Notes under the pieces: model-generated
What the model was told of the DNA's origin: nothing
Database searches by the model: none
Seen by the model: only the letters and a program-made list of their open reading frames with translations
Made by a program: the position numbers and the translations under genes
Source of the DNA: Spirochaetia bacterium
GTDB taxonomy: Bacteria > Spirochaetota > Spirochaetia > SP-2023
Direction: 5' to 3'
Length of the DNA: 64,000 nucleotides
Assembly (NCBI GenBank): GCA_965225855.1
Contig: CBDDCK010000005.1
Span: forward strand, 1,056,001-1,120,000
Shown: piece after piece, positions 33,301-44,076 of the stretch
Position numbering within the stretch: position 1 is the stretch's first letter
Layout: each line of letters starts with the position of its first letter

Positions 33301-36300
33301 TTAGACGGTATATTAGTACCTTGCACTACCAGATCTACAACAGTAGAAATTAAATAGTGTCCTTAGACTTTGTTAGCTGCACGCAATTCACCTGATCTAC
33401 AACAGTAGAAATTAAATAGTGTCCTTAGACTCTCTTTGAGCATCCATTTTTTATTTGGATCTACAACAGTAGAAATTAAATAGTGTCCTTAGACTCTCTT
33501 TGAGCATCCATTTTTTATTTGGATCTACAACAGTAGAAATTAAATAGTGTCCTTAGACTCTCTTTGAGCATCCATTTTTTATTTGGATCTACAACAGTAG
33601 AAATTAAATAGTGTCCTTAGACAGCAAGTTTCTCCGCTTGGGCTCTCAATCTACAACAGTAGAAATTAAATAGTGTCCTTAGACGTCTATCCACCACGCG
33701 GATTGATTGAACTCTTTGAGCATCCATTTTTTATTTGGATCTACAACAGTAGAAATTAAATAGTGTCCTTAGACAGCAAGTTTCTCCGCTTGGGCTCTCA
33801 ATCTACAACAGTAGAAATTAAATAGTGTCCTTAGACGAAATATATTGATATGTAACCACGACTATCTACAACAGTAGAAATTAAATAGTGTCCTTAGACT
33901 AGACCTAAATTAATTGCATAATACAAGATCTACAACAGTAGAAATTAAATAGTGTCCTTAGACCCAGCTGCTAGAGGCAGCTGGGGCTTAATCTACAACA
34001 GTAGAAATTAAATAGTGTCCTTAGACTAGACCTAAATTAATTGCATAATACAAGATCTACAACAGTAGAAATTAAATAGTGTCCTTAGACATAAGGCTAG
34101 ATGACACCTTCTTTACTATCTACAACAGTAGAAATTAAATAGTGTCCTTAGACGAACAAGGATTAAATCCATTCAACAGGATCTACAACAGTAGAAATTA
34201 AATAGTGTCCTTAGACCCCGATATGGCTTAGATACAAAAGCTAGATCTACAACAGTAGAAATTAAATAGTGTCCTTAGACTACTTGACGAACCAACAGAA
34301 AAATAAATCTACAACAGTAGAAATTAAATAGTGTCCTTAGACTTCAAATAGCAGCAGATAAGCAAATTGCATCTACAACAGTAGAAATTAAATAGTGTCC
34401 TTAGACCTACAATGCAAGCATTGTAATCGGTATGATCTACAACAGTAGAAATTAAATAGTGTCCTTAGACTGTTAGGTGGAAAAGGAAGAGAGAAGGATC
34501 TACAACAGTAGAAATTAAATAGTGTCCTTAGACACCTCGAATATACAGACCCAAGCCCAATCTACAACAGTAGAAATTAAATAGTGTCCTTAGACAATCG
34601 ACAATAAAGAAAAAAGGTAAAATCTACAACAGTAGAAATTAAATAGTGTCCTTAGACGTTAGCCGAATTGCAAAACGACTGAATATCTACAACAGTAGAA
34701 ATTAAATAGTGTCCTTAGACATTGCAAGACGATGCTGTAAGTCAAAAATCTACAACAGTAGAAATTAAATAGTGTCCTTAGACATTGTTCAGCTTTATGA
34801 AGAAATTTTGAATCTACAACAGTAGAAATTAAATAGTGTCCTTAGACGCGAAAAGCCATAACCACGGGCAATTATCTACAACAGTAGAAATTAAATAGTG
34901 TCCTTAGACTTCTATCATTATTGCGCCCTTGATGGATCTACAACAGTAGAAATTAAATAGTGTCCTTAGACCTTCTATTCAGAGGCGTGTTGCTGACCTA
35001 TCTACAACAGTAGAAATTAAATAGTGTCCTTAGACTGTCGCTCTATGGAAGTACCCTTCAATCTACAACAGTAGAAATTAAATAGTGTCCTTAGACACTG
35101 GAACTTAACAAAGACGGACTTGATCTACAACAGTAGAAATTAAATAGTGTCCTTAGACAGCAATCTTAGAAAAAATGGATAGGGAATCTACAACAGTAGA
35201 AATTAAATAGTGTCCTTAGACACCAAGCCTATTAAATCTATTGGTTGGATCTACAACAGTAGAAATTAAATAGTGTCCTTAGACAACGGTACACACTCTA
35301 ATTCACGAGTGATCTACAACAGTAGAAATTAAATAGTGTCCTTAGACGTTAGATTTTGTGGACATAACTTTTTATCTACAACAGTAGAAATTAAATAGTG
35401 TCCTTAGACCCCAGCTTTACTGCCAAGGATATTTTATCTACAACAGTAGAAATTAAATAGTGTCCTTAGACCCCAGCTTTACTGCCAAGGATATTTTATC
35501 TACAACAGTAGAAATTAAATAGTGTCCTTAGACCCCAGCTTTACTGCCAAGGATATTTTATCTACAACAGTAGAAATTAAATAGTGTCCTTAGACTGGCT
35601 ATAACACTATCCCCCACAAGAAAATCTACAACAGTAGAAATTAAATAGTGTCCTTAGACATTCTATCATGTTTTTAAGCGAAAATATCTACAACAGTAGA
35701 AATTAAATAGTGTCCTTAGACTTAACCGTACAAGGTACTGACTTAAATCTACAACAGTAGAAATTAAATAGTGTCCTTAGACTATTACTTCTCCCTACAC
35801 CCAACCTCTATCTACAACAGTAGAAATTAAATAGTGTCCTTAGACTAACTGTCTGCTCAATTTGTCTCCTACATCTACAACAGTAGAAATTAAATAGTGT
35901 CCTTAGACAAGGTCGGTATCGAGACGATCGTGAAATCTACAACAGTAGAAATTAAATAGTGTCCTTAGACTTTCAGAGGTCTTACAGACTTCTGGTACAT
36001 CTACAACAGTAGAAATTAAATAGTGTCCTTAGACTAATGTAAATGGTAATATAGATTATGAATCTACAACAGTAGAAATTAAATAGTGTCCTTAGACCTA
36101 GCGAAGAAACAATCAAAGCTAGTCAATCTACAACAGTAGAAATTAAATAGTGTCCTTAGACCTAGCGAAGAAACAATCAAAGCTAGTCAATCTACAACAG
36201 TAGAAATTAAATAGTGTCCTTAGACTAGTAATATAACTTGCGGCGCTATCGAATCTACAACAGTAGAAATTAAATAGTGTCCTTAGACCCTGAATAAAAT

Positions 36301-38684
36301 AGCTAGTAACGCCGAATCTACAACAGTAGAAATTAAATAGTGTCCTTAGACCGTCCAACGATAACGGATATAACGAAACATCTACAACAGTAGAAATTAA
36401 ATAGTGTCCTTAGACATCATATCAATAATTTATATTCTTTAATCTACAACAGTAGAAATTAAATAGTGTCCTTAGACATTGAACGGCAAGCAGGCCTAAA
36501 TAGTATCTACAACAGTAGAAATTAAATAGTGTCCTTAGACATTAAAAGATGTTACTTTTGGCCAAAGTATCTACAACAGTAGAAATTAAATAGTGTCCTT
36601 AGACCTAGCACTAGCACTAGCACACAAACAATCTACAACAGTAGAAATTAAATAGTGTCCTTAGACTATACTACGAGGGCAGTCCTTTGTTCCCATCTAC
36701 AACAGTAGAAATTAAATAGTGTCCTTAGACTCCGTCACACAAGGAAAAAACGATAGATCTACAACAGTAGAAATTAAATAGTGTCCTTAGACCTCCGAAA
36801 CCTTAACACCAGCAGACTTGATCTACAACAGTAGAAATTAAATAGTGTCCTTAGACAACCTTCACACCCATTCTCTACAATCATCTACAACAGTAGAAAT
36901 TAAATAGTGTCCTTAGACTATTGCCATAAATGCCGATACTATAAATCTACAACAGTAGAAATTAAATAGTGTCCTTAGACTTCTGTAGCCTTGGATAAGG
37001 CTGCTTTATCTACAACAGTAGAAATTAAATAGTGTCCTTAGACCCTTTTAGGGTGCTTGGGGGACTGGTATAATCTACAACAGTAGAAATTAAATAGTGT
37101 CCTTAGACATAAATTGGAATTATAACATGCTATCTATCTACAACAGTAGAAATTAAATAGTGTCCTTAGACCAACCTGCCATCCTCACACAGCCCTAATC
37201 TACAACAGTAGAAATTAAATAGTGTCCTTAGACTCATAATCCTTATTAAATCTCTCTTTCTAATCTACAACAGTAGAAATTAAATAGTGTCCTTAGACTA
37301 TATGGTTGCTATGAATAAACATACATATCTACAACAGTAGAAATTAAATAGTGTCCTTAGACCGAAAAGTTAAGTATGGAAGAACTAAAAATCTACAACA
37401 GTAGAAATTAAATAGTGTCCTTAGACTTCTCGCCACCTGCAAGCAATTCAATATCTACAACAGTAGAAATTAAATAGTGTCCTTAGACATTCCCCGCAGT
37501 CTTATAAGCACTGCCATCTACAACAGTAGAAATTAAATAGTGTCCTTAGACATACCAATATAAAACCTAAAAACAACCATCTACAACAGTAGAAATTAAA
37601 TAGTGTCCTTAGACGACCCAATGGGTGCTGGTGCTAGTATGCTATCTACAACAGTAGAAATTAAATAGTGTCCTTAGACAATGCACAATCTGCAGGAAAG
37701 ATTTATCTACAACAGTAGAAATTAAATAGTGTCCTTAGACAGGCTCAATATAAGAATCGTGTTCTGATCTACAACAGTAGAAATTAAATAGTGTCCTTAG
37801 ACCTGAAATTCCAGCAAGTGCCCGCAAGAGGATCTACAACAGTAGAAATTAAATAGTGTCCTTAGACTTGGCACCAGCTAAACTACTGGAAATATATCTA
37901 CAACAGTAGAAATTAAATAGTGTCCTTAGACTAGAAAATATTGCTACTTCCGAGAGAATCTACAACAGTAGAAATTAAATAGTGTCCTTAGACATATCGG
38001 CTTTAGATGTTGGCTTTGGATCTACAACAGTAGAAATTAAATAGTGTCCTTAGACTTTAATAATTTATGTAAAATAAAATTATATCTACAACAGTAGAAA
38101 TTAAATAGTGTCCTTAGACAAAAAACAAACACCCGAACAGCTTGCATCTACAACAGTAGAAATTAAATAGTGTCCTTAGACAACCTAAGGAAACAAGGAA
38201 ACCTAAGATCTACAACAGTAGAAATTAAATAGTGTCCTTAGACACTAACACAAGCAAGCATAAACAGGATCTACAACAGTAGAAATTAAATAGTGTCCTT
38301 AGACAAGAAATTGAAAATATTCTAATCTTAAATCTACAACAGTAGAAATTAAATAGTGTCCTTAGACATATCGACAACTTAAGAAAACACTTAAGATCTA
38401 CAACAGTAGAAATTAAATAGTGTCCTTAGACAGATAATTCGCTTTTGGATTCATCTATATCTACAACAGTAGAAATTAAATAGTGTCCTTAGACAAGTCT
38501 AAATAATAATTTGCCAGATTTAATCTACAACAGTAGAAATTAAATAGTGTCCTTAGACAGTTTTTTGAAGACCTTTCTGGTACGATCTACAACAGTAGAA
38601 ATTAAATAGTGTCCTTAGACTTGAAGGAATTGAGGAGGGATGATAATAATCTACAACAGTAGAAATTAAATAGTGTCCTTAGAC
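18340..38684 (-). CRISPR. Type V-A CRISPR array, ~320-325 repeats, spacers mostly 25-29 nt
   Basis: Repeat GTCTAAGGACACTATTTAATTTCTACTGTTGTAGAT (36 bp) with the canonical Cas12a 3' handle AATTTCTACTGTTGTAGAT; no variants noticed by eye. Count estimated from a period of ~62-63 bp. Leader end is at 38684. Confidence 0.99.
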
Positions 38685-38704
38685 TGTTCAATTTCACTCT
38701 CTTT

Positions 38705-38962
38705 TTATCGATTTTTACTATCGTAGCGGTCGATTTTTCCGCATAGCCCATATTTTTCAGAATACGCAAAAATAGACTGGAACATCGATTTTGCTGTGCT
38801 GTATTTTTGCTTATCAATATTTATGTGAGCAGCCAGTCCTCTGCGCTGGGGCTCTTCATGATAGAAGTAGGTTGAGGTCTGTCCGTACAGTTGGTGAAAA
38901 TAGAGCGACCTAGGGCAAAACATAAAATCATTTAGATATGAAATGGGAATATAACTTTCCAA
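38705..38962 (-). pseudogene. cas4: Truncated type V-A Cas4 (N-terminal 85 aa)
   Basis: MESYIPISYLNDFMFCPRSLYFHQLY...GKID. It stops before the nuclease E-x-K motif and the C-terminal cysteines, 20 bp from the first repeat. Confidence 0.85.
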
Positions 38963-39059
38963 AATAAAATTACCTTAGAATTTTTTAAAAAATATACTGT
39001 GAAACTATTTTAGAAAAGCAACCAACCTGCGCTAAATTATCAAAGAACTTTTTATGTAC

Positions 39060-39575
39060 TCATACGAATAGAAAGAAAAGCAAACCGATTTTATGAATAA
39101 GAGAAAGGAGACGGCTTAAAGATTCTAACTGCTGCTCATATACATATTGCTTTATCATTTCCAATCCTCCCAAATCCATTATATAAGATGAAAATCCTGA
39201 AGATTTTGCCGTTAATTGTTTTAGATGTTCTTCAAACTTTTCCCATTCATTGTTCATTCTACCAGTATTTTGTTGCTCAAGTCCATAAGTTTTTAAAGCA
39301 TGATAAGATAAAGCAATGGTTTCGATATGAACAAAAAGGCAAAGAGGTAAGCTGTCTATTTTCTTATTATCAAAGTAATGCAACTCCCTTAGTAAGGGAT
39401 ATGTTCCTTTTCCAGCTGCAATTTTCTTTTTTTGCCTTTCTGCTAACTTCTTGTAGAGTTTATATAATTGTTTGTGGTCTAATGCTACAACCACACCACA
39501 AACAAAAGATTTAAGCTTTTTATCAAAAAGGTCAAATTTACCAGTTTCATCAAGGCCTACATACCATGTTGTCAT
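39060..39575 (-). CDS. Hypothetical protein with RNase H-like (DUF3800-like) N-terminus, possibly truncated
   Basis: WYVGLDETG...FVCGVVV...ELHY pattern; low GC like the cas genes. Confidence 0.45.
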   Translation of the reverse strand: MTTWYVGLDETGKFDLFDKKLKSFVCGVVVALDHKQLYKLYKKLAERQKKKIAAGKGTYPLLRELHYFDNKKIDSLPLCLFVHIETIALSYHALKTYGLEQQNTGRMNNEWEKFEEHLKQLTAKSSGFSSYIMDLGGLEMIKQYVYEQQLESLSRLLSLIHKIGLLFFLFV

Positions 39576-39731
39576 TACAAAACCTGCCTAATTTTTTTAA
39601 TATTGTAAAAAGTTAACCAAAATACTGATTTTTGATTTTTTGGCAACTTAGGTGATTATTGACCATATAAGTCTTATCATATCCAAATGATATAAAAACC
39701 CAACAAAGTAGAAATAAAATATTGTCCTAAA

Positions 39732-41021
39732 TTAGGATTCAAAACGTTTGATTAACGAACAGCAGTTAATGCCACCGAAACCAAAAGAATTTTTGAGCAT
39801 CAAATTGATATGATGCTCTACGACTTTATTGGCACAAAGCTCTAATCCTTCAATTTCAGGGTCGGGATCATCAAGGTTGATAGTCGGGTGCAGCTTGCCG
39901 TATTGCATGGACTTCAAAGCCCCAACAGTTTCCACCAAGGGGGAAGCCCAACAAGTATGCCCTAACATGGACTTAGGCGCATTGAGCTTAATGTTGGCAA
40001 TATGTGGGCCAAACACATTTTTCAAAGCCAAGATTTCCTGTAAATCCCCCTCATAAGTACTGGTAGCATGGCAGTTGATATAATCAATTTGTTCGGGATC
40101 AACGCCGGCCATAGCCAAAGCTTTTTTTATTACATGTTCTTGATGTTTAGCACCGGGGAGCGGCAAATGATTGGCATTGGCGTTGGCAGCAACCCCCAGC
40201 AATTCACCATAAATTTTGGCATTGCGTCTTTCAGCCCGCTCTAAAGTTTCCAAAACCAAAGTGGCCCCACCATGGGAATATAAAAAACCACAGCGGCCTT
40301 TATCAAACGGACGCGATGCCCTAGCGGGTTGATTTTGATATTCAGGTTTTATCACCACCGCACTCAAAACAATGGAAGCTTGAATATCGGCTGGAGAAAC
40401 ATCAAAAGGAGGGCCTACCACTAAAGCTGTATCGCATTCGCCAGACATAATGTCGATATAGCCTTGACGCAAGGCCAAGTTACCACTGGCACAAGCACCA
40501 CCTAAAGTAAACGAGGGCCCGTGCAAACCTAAAGTTTCTGAAATAATAGCAGGTAAATTGGGGTCAATCGCGTCAATACTGGAAAGCGGCTCAATAAAAT
40601 CAGGGTCTTTCATAAAATTGCGATAATTTTCAAAAATGTAGTTTGAATTAAAATTGTGCCCAGCCACAGGTAAACTGACATTGCGCAAATCAAAAGGCGG
40701 TGTTTCAAAAAGTTTTGCATCTTCCCAAGCTTGCATGGTAGCAATCAAAGCCATTTTTGCCGAAAATGTAGTACCGCGGAACAGCTTGCGTACAGCCTTG
40801 AGTTTCTGGTCTTCAAAATATTGCCAAAATGGTTGCATCGCAGTAGCAGTATCAAAATAACCCATATCGCCACCAATTTGGCATTCGAGCGCGCTCATAT
40901 CCAAACTTTGCCAGCGGTTTATACCGGATTTTCCCATCAAGAGATTTTGGTAAAATTCTTCTGAATTGGCACCCAAAGGGTTTACCGTGCCGATGCCTGT
41001 AATCACAATTCGATTTTTCAT
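39732..41021 (-). CDS. fabF: Beta-ketoacyl-ACP synthase (FabF/KAS II family)
   Basis: RIVITGIG, GACASG, SRPFDKGR, NCHATST, KSMLGH, NSFGFGG. Confidence 0.9.
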   Translation of the reverse strand: MKNRIVITGIGTVNPLGANSEEFYQNLLMGKSGINRWQSLDMSALECQIGGDMGYFDTATAMQPFWQYFEDQKLKAVRKLFRGTTFSAKMALIATMQAWEDAKLFETPPFDLRNVSLPVAGHNFNSNYIFENYRNFMKDPDFIEPLSSIDAIDPNLPAIISETLGLHGPSFTLGGACASGNLALRQGYIDIMSGECDTALVVGPPFDVSPADIQASIVLSAVVIKPEYQNQPARASRPFDKGRCGFLYSHGGATLVLETLERAERRNAKIYGELLGVAANANANHLPLPGAKHQEHVIKKALAMAGVDPEQIDYINCHATSTYEGDLQEILALKNVFGPHIANIKLNAPKSMLGHTCWASPLVETVGALKSMQYGKLHPTINLDDPDPEIEGLELCANKVVEHHINLMLKNSFGFGGINCCSLIKRFES

Positions 41022-41113
41022 ATTGTACTCCGCTTAGCTTCGTGTTTCGTTTCCGTTTTAATTTAGTTTTGCAGCGTTCACAAAATTTGTAGTGGACTTG
41101 CCAAACCAAATAT

Positions 41114-42055
41114 TTATTTTGTAAAGGCTTTTATCTGTGTCAAAGTGCCCAAAGGTATACAAGGTTCTTTTCGCAGGAACTGCTTCCACAAACCACTGAG
41201 CACCGCACCTGGACCAATTTCCAATGCTTGGCCACAGCCATCGGCTTTTAAGGCTTTTTCAATATCGAGCCACCGCACCAGACTATAAATTTGCTGTAAT
41301 TCCATTTCTAGTAAATTGCTATCCGGTTCAACTTTCTGGCCACTGACATTGGAATATAGGCTCAATTGGGGGGCATTCAATTGTATTTTGCTGCGCAAAA
41401 AGGGGCCAAATTCTTTAGCCGCTTGCTCCATCAATGGTGTGTGAAACGGCCCGCTAACTTTTAAAATTACATATTTCATGGCACCCGCTACATCAAGAAT
41501 GGCTTGCGCTTCGGCAATAGCAGTATTGCTGCCTGCAATGACAATTTGTTTTGCAGCGTTGTGATTGGCAATATAAATGGGCTTGCCGTTATCCTGCATA
41601 GGTAGCAGAGCTTTGGCTACTTCGTCATAATCCAAGCCTAGCACAGCAGCCATGCCACCACCGCCTATTTCTGTGTTAATTTGTTGAGTGCATTTATCCA
41701 TCAGCTTACTGCGTTCAACCACAGCGCGAAATATGTCCTCGGTAGATAATACTCCCGCATACCACAATGCTGAATATTCCCCCAAGCTATGACCTGCTGT
41801 GGCAACCGCTTTAAGACCTTTTTCGCGCAATACTGTAGCTACACTCAAATTAACCAAAGTAATTCCGGGCTGGGCAATATTGGTTTGCTTTAGTTGATCT
41901 TCACCACCTTCAAATAGAATTTTTTTAAAATCCAATAAAGCTATATCGCTAGCACACTCGAACAATCCCCGAACATTGGCAAAACTATCATAAAAATCTT
42001 GCCCCATACCCGGATACTGGGCCCCTTGACCGGGAAATAAGAATATATAGCTCAT
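41114..42055 (-). CDS. fabD: Malonyl-CoA:ACP transacylase
   Basis: FPGQGAQ, GHSLGEY, VSGPFHTPLM, EIGPG. Confidence 0.95.
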   Translation of the reverse strand: MSYIFLFPGQGAQYPGMGQDFYDSFANVRGLFECASDIALLDFKKILFEGGEDQLKQTNIAQPGITLVNLSVATVLREKGLKAVATAGHSLGEYSALWYAGVLSTEDIFRAVVERSKLMDKCTQQINTEIGGGGMAAVLGLDYDEVAKALLPMQDNGKPIYIANHNAAKQIVIAGSNTAIAEAQAILDVAGAMKYVILKVSGPFHTPLMEQAAKEFGPFLRSKIQLNAPQLSLYSNVSGQKVEPDSNLLEMELQQIYSLVRWLDIEKALKADGCGQALEIGPGAVLSGLWKQFLRKEPCIPLGTLTQIKAFTK

Positions 42056-42109
42056 TACATTTTCCTTTAATACTAGCTTCTACTTAAATTGCAAAAGCAA
42101 TCTTATTGG

Positions 42110-43279
42110 TTAAACTATTTTTCGGAAAGTCTTATAGTTGCGGTAACACCAAAAGTTCATGTTATCCAGCATTTTCAGCAATTTGTCGTTGTCTTCGGTG
42201 ATAAATGACATATCGGCATGCAAATAACCCATTTCGACTCCTGTGGTGTAGGCTTCACACAACATTATGGCTTCTATGCCTCTTTTCTGAAATTTTTCTC
42301 GCACACCCAAAATTGCTAACCGCAACCATTTACCCCCTTTGCGAACTTTGAGTAAACGCCCAATTAAGGCTGGGCTCAAATGCCCACTGGAATGAATTAA
42401 AGCCTCATTGACATTGGGCAAAGGAATCACAAAGCCGGCAGGCTCTCCTTTAATAAAAGCGATTTTAGCTAGTTTGGTGTTGGCAATCATTTTTAAGTTT
42501 TTGGCCATAAAGCAAAATTCATCTTTAGGCCAAGGCACAAATTCACGGTGATCGAGCCACGCTTCATTCCATATTTGGCGGATATACTCTACATCTGTCC
42601 AAAAATTTTGCATATTGATAGGGCGAATCTCTAAATCTTTATTGTGCTCTTTGGCAAGTTTTGCCACGCGGAAAGCTCGTTCAGAGGGTTTATGCACATC
42701 GCGATCAATACGATAAGCATAAAATTCCATTTCTTTTTCCCAACCATCGGTACTTTGGAAAAAATTTAGGTAATACTCGGGGTTGTATGGAGTTTGCACT
42801 ACTGGAGGCTCGATAAAATGGTTGCATAAGAAACCAATAATATGGTTAGGGCTGGGGCTAATTGGGCCAATCATTTCTTTTAAGCCATGTTCACAGCACC
42901 AATGGAGAGCAGCTTGGCTCAAGGCTTTGGCAACCTTGGCATCGTTAATACACTCAAAAAAACCAAAATAACCTGCTAAGCGTTGCCGTGTTTGAATATA
43001 CATATCATCTTTGATCGCAGCAATGCGCCCGAGAACTTGGCCATTGCGCCAAGCCAAAAAAGGTTGAATGATAGAATGTTTGTGTATTGGATGTTTTTTG
43101 GGGTTCATCAGTTCAAATTCATCTAACCACATCGGTGGTACCCAGTAAGGGTCTTTTAGCCCACCGGCATAACCAGAATACAGATTGCCACGATATAATT
43201 TTTTGGGGAAATAAATAAATAGCTTTAGGTGCTTGCGGTCCTTTAAAGCCACAGTTTGGATTTGGATATTGTCAGACAA
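42110..43279 (-). CDS. YghO-like GNAT N-acyltransferase (family of bacterial ceramide synthase)
   Basis: FIYFP..LY..DPYWVPP, GRIAA, GYFGFFEC, PYNPEYY, LGVREKFQKRG. Confidence 0.7.
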   Translation of the reverse strand: MSDNIQIQTVALKDRKHLKLFIYFPKKLYRGNLYSGYAGGLKDPYWVPPMWLDEFELMNPKKHPIHKHSIIQPFLAWRNGQVLGRIAAIKDDMYIQTRQRLAGYFGFFECINDAKVAKALSQAALHWCCEHGLKEMIGPISPSPNHIIGFLCNHFIEPPVVQTPYNPEYYLNFFQSTDGWEKEMEFYAYRIDRDVHKPSERAFRVAKLAKEHNKDLEIRPINMQNFWTDVEYIRQIWNEAWLDHREFVPWPKDEFCFMAKNLKMIANTKLAKIAFIKGEPAGFVIPLPNVNEALIHSSGHLSPALIGRLLKVRKGGKWLRLAILGVREKFQKRGIEAIMLCEAYTTGVEMGYLHADMSFITEDNDKLLKMLDNMNFWCYRNYKTFRKIV

Positions 43280-43289
43280 AATGATTCCT

Positions 43290-43924
43290 CATAGTTTCGG
43301 ATTTGTAAATGGACTGCACACGCCCAAACGATAAATATTGGCACTTTATACGAAAAAGCAATATTTAAAAAGTAAAGGTCAAATCAAAACCGAGGCCAAC
43401 ATGCATAAATAACAACAAACCACCAGTAAGCTCGCACTAAGACTTAAAAAATCACTATGGCCAAATAACTGGGAACGTTACCCTGAATAGCCAGCCCTTG
43501 AGCAATATAACTGGCTAGTATACAATGTAAAACCTAGCATACCACCAATACTAGCAAAACTGTTATTGTCAATAGCAGCGGGTTTGCCCAATTCTGAAGG
43601 ATAAAATGATATTCCCATTCCATGCAGAGAAAACCTTGGGCCAAGTTGACCAAACTGGTGCAGGGTGTTGGGATAATCTATTGGATTGGTTTACCAATCA
43701 AAACTTTGGCTATTGGGGACTAAACCGTAATTAGTATTCTTGCCAAAATCAGAACCATAATCTGTACCAAAAACAGGAAGCTCATCTGGATTTTGCTGTT
43801 GTTGAGCTGCTAAATCGGCCAAACTAATCAAGAGAAAGGCACAGCACAGTAAAAATCTTAGAAGTCGATACCAACTGTATTTTAAGTAAAAATCTAGCAT
43901 AAAAAACTCCATAAAGTATTGCAA
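43290..43924 (-). pseudogene. Disrupted exported hypothetical protein
   Basis: Signal-peptide-like ORF 43924..43691 ends in TAA; the same frame stays open for ~60 further codons, then coding-like sequence shifts frame. Confidence 0.4.
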
Positions 43925-44076
43925 GCAGTTTTCAGAAATTTCAAGTAAATTCTAAAAATTTTTTAACTATTAGTACAGCCCCCATACAATATAACCATTG
44001 CGACCTAGACTATTATTGCTGTATAATGCCTTGTATTTTGTGATTTGAATAAAATCTGTATTGTAGGCCATAGATA

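Noticed and set aside
29707..34244. PAM inference from overlapping spacers 29707 and 34217 (would give TGTA)
   Set aside because: Single case, and the two spacers may come from different phage variants
18340..38684. Self-targeting spacers or a tracrRNA within the window
   Set aside because: No spacer match or anti-repeat spotted by eye (not exhaustive); Cas12a does not need a tracrRNA
22061..38817. ORFs with LRTLFNFYCCR repeats
   Set aside because: Translation of CRISPR repeats and spacers, not genes
40852..41109. 85-aa ORF as a possible acyl carrier protein
   Set aside because: No DSL motif, basic composition, overlaps fabF out of frame
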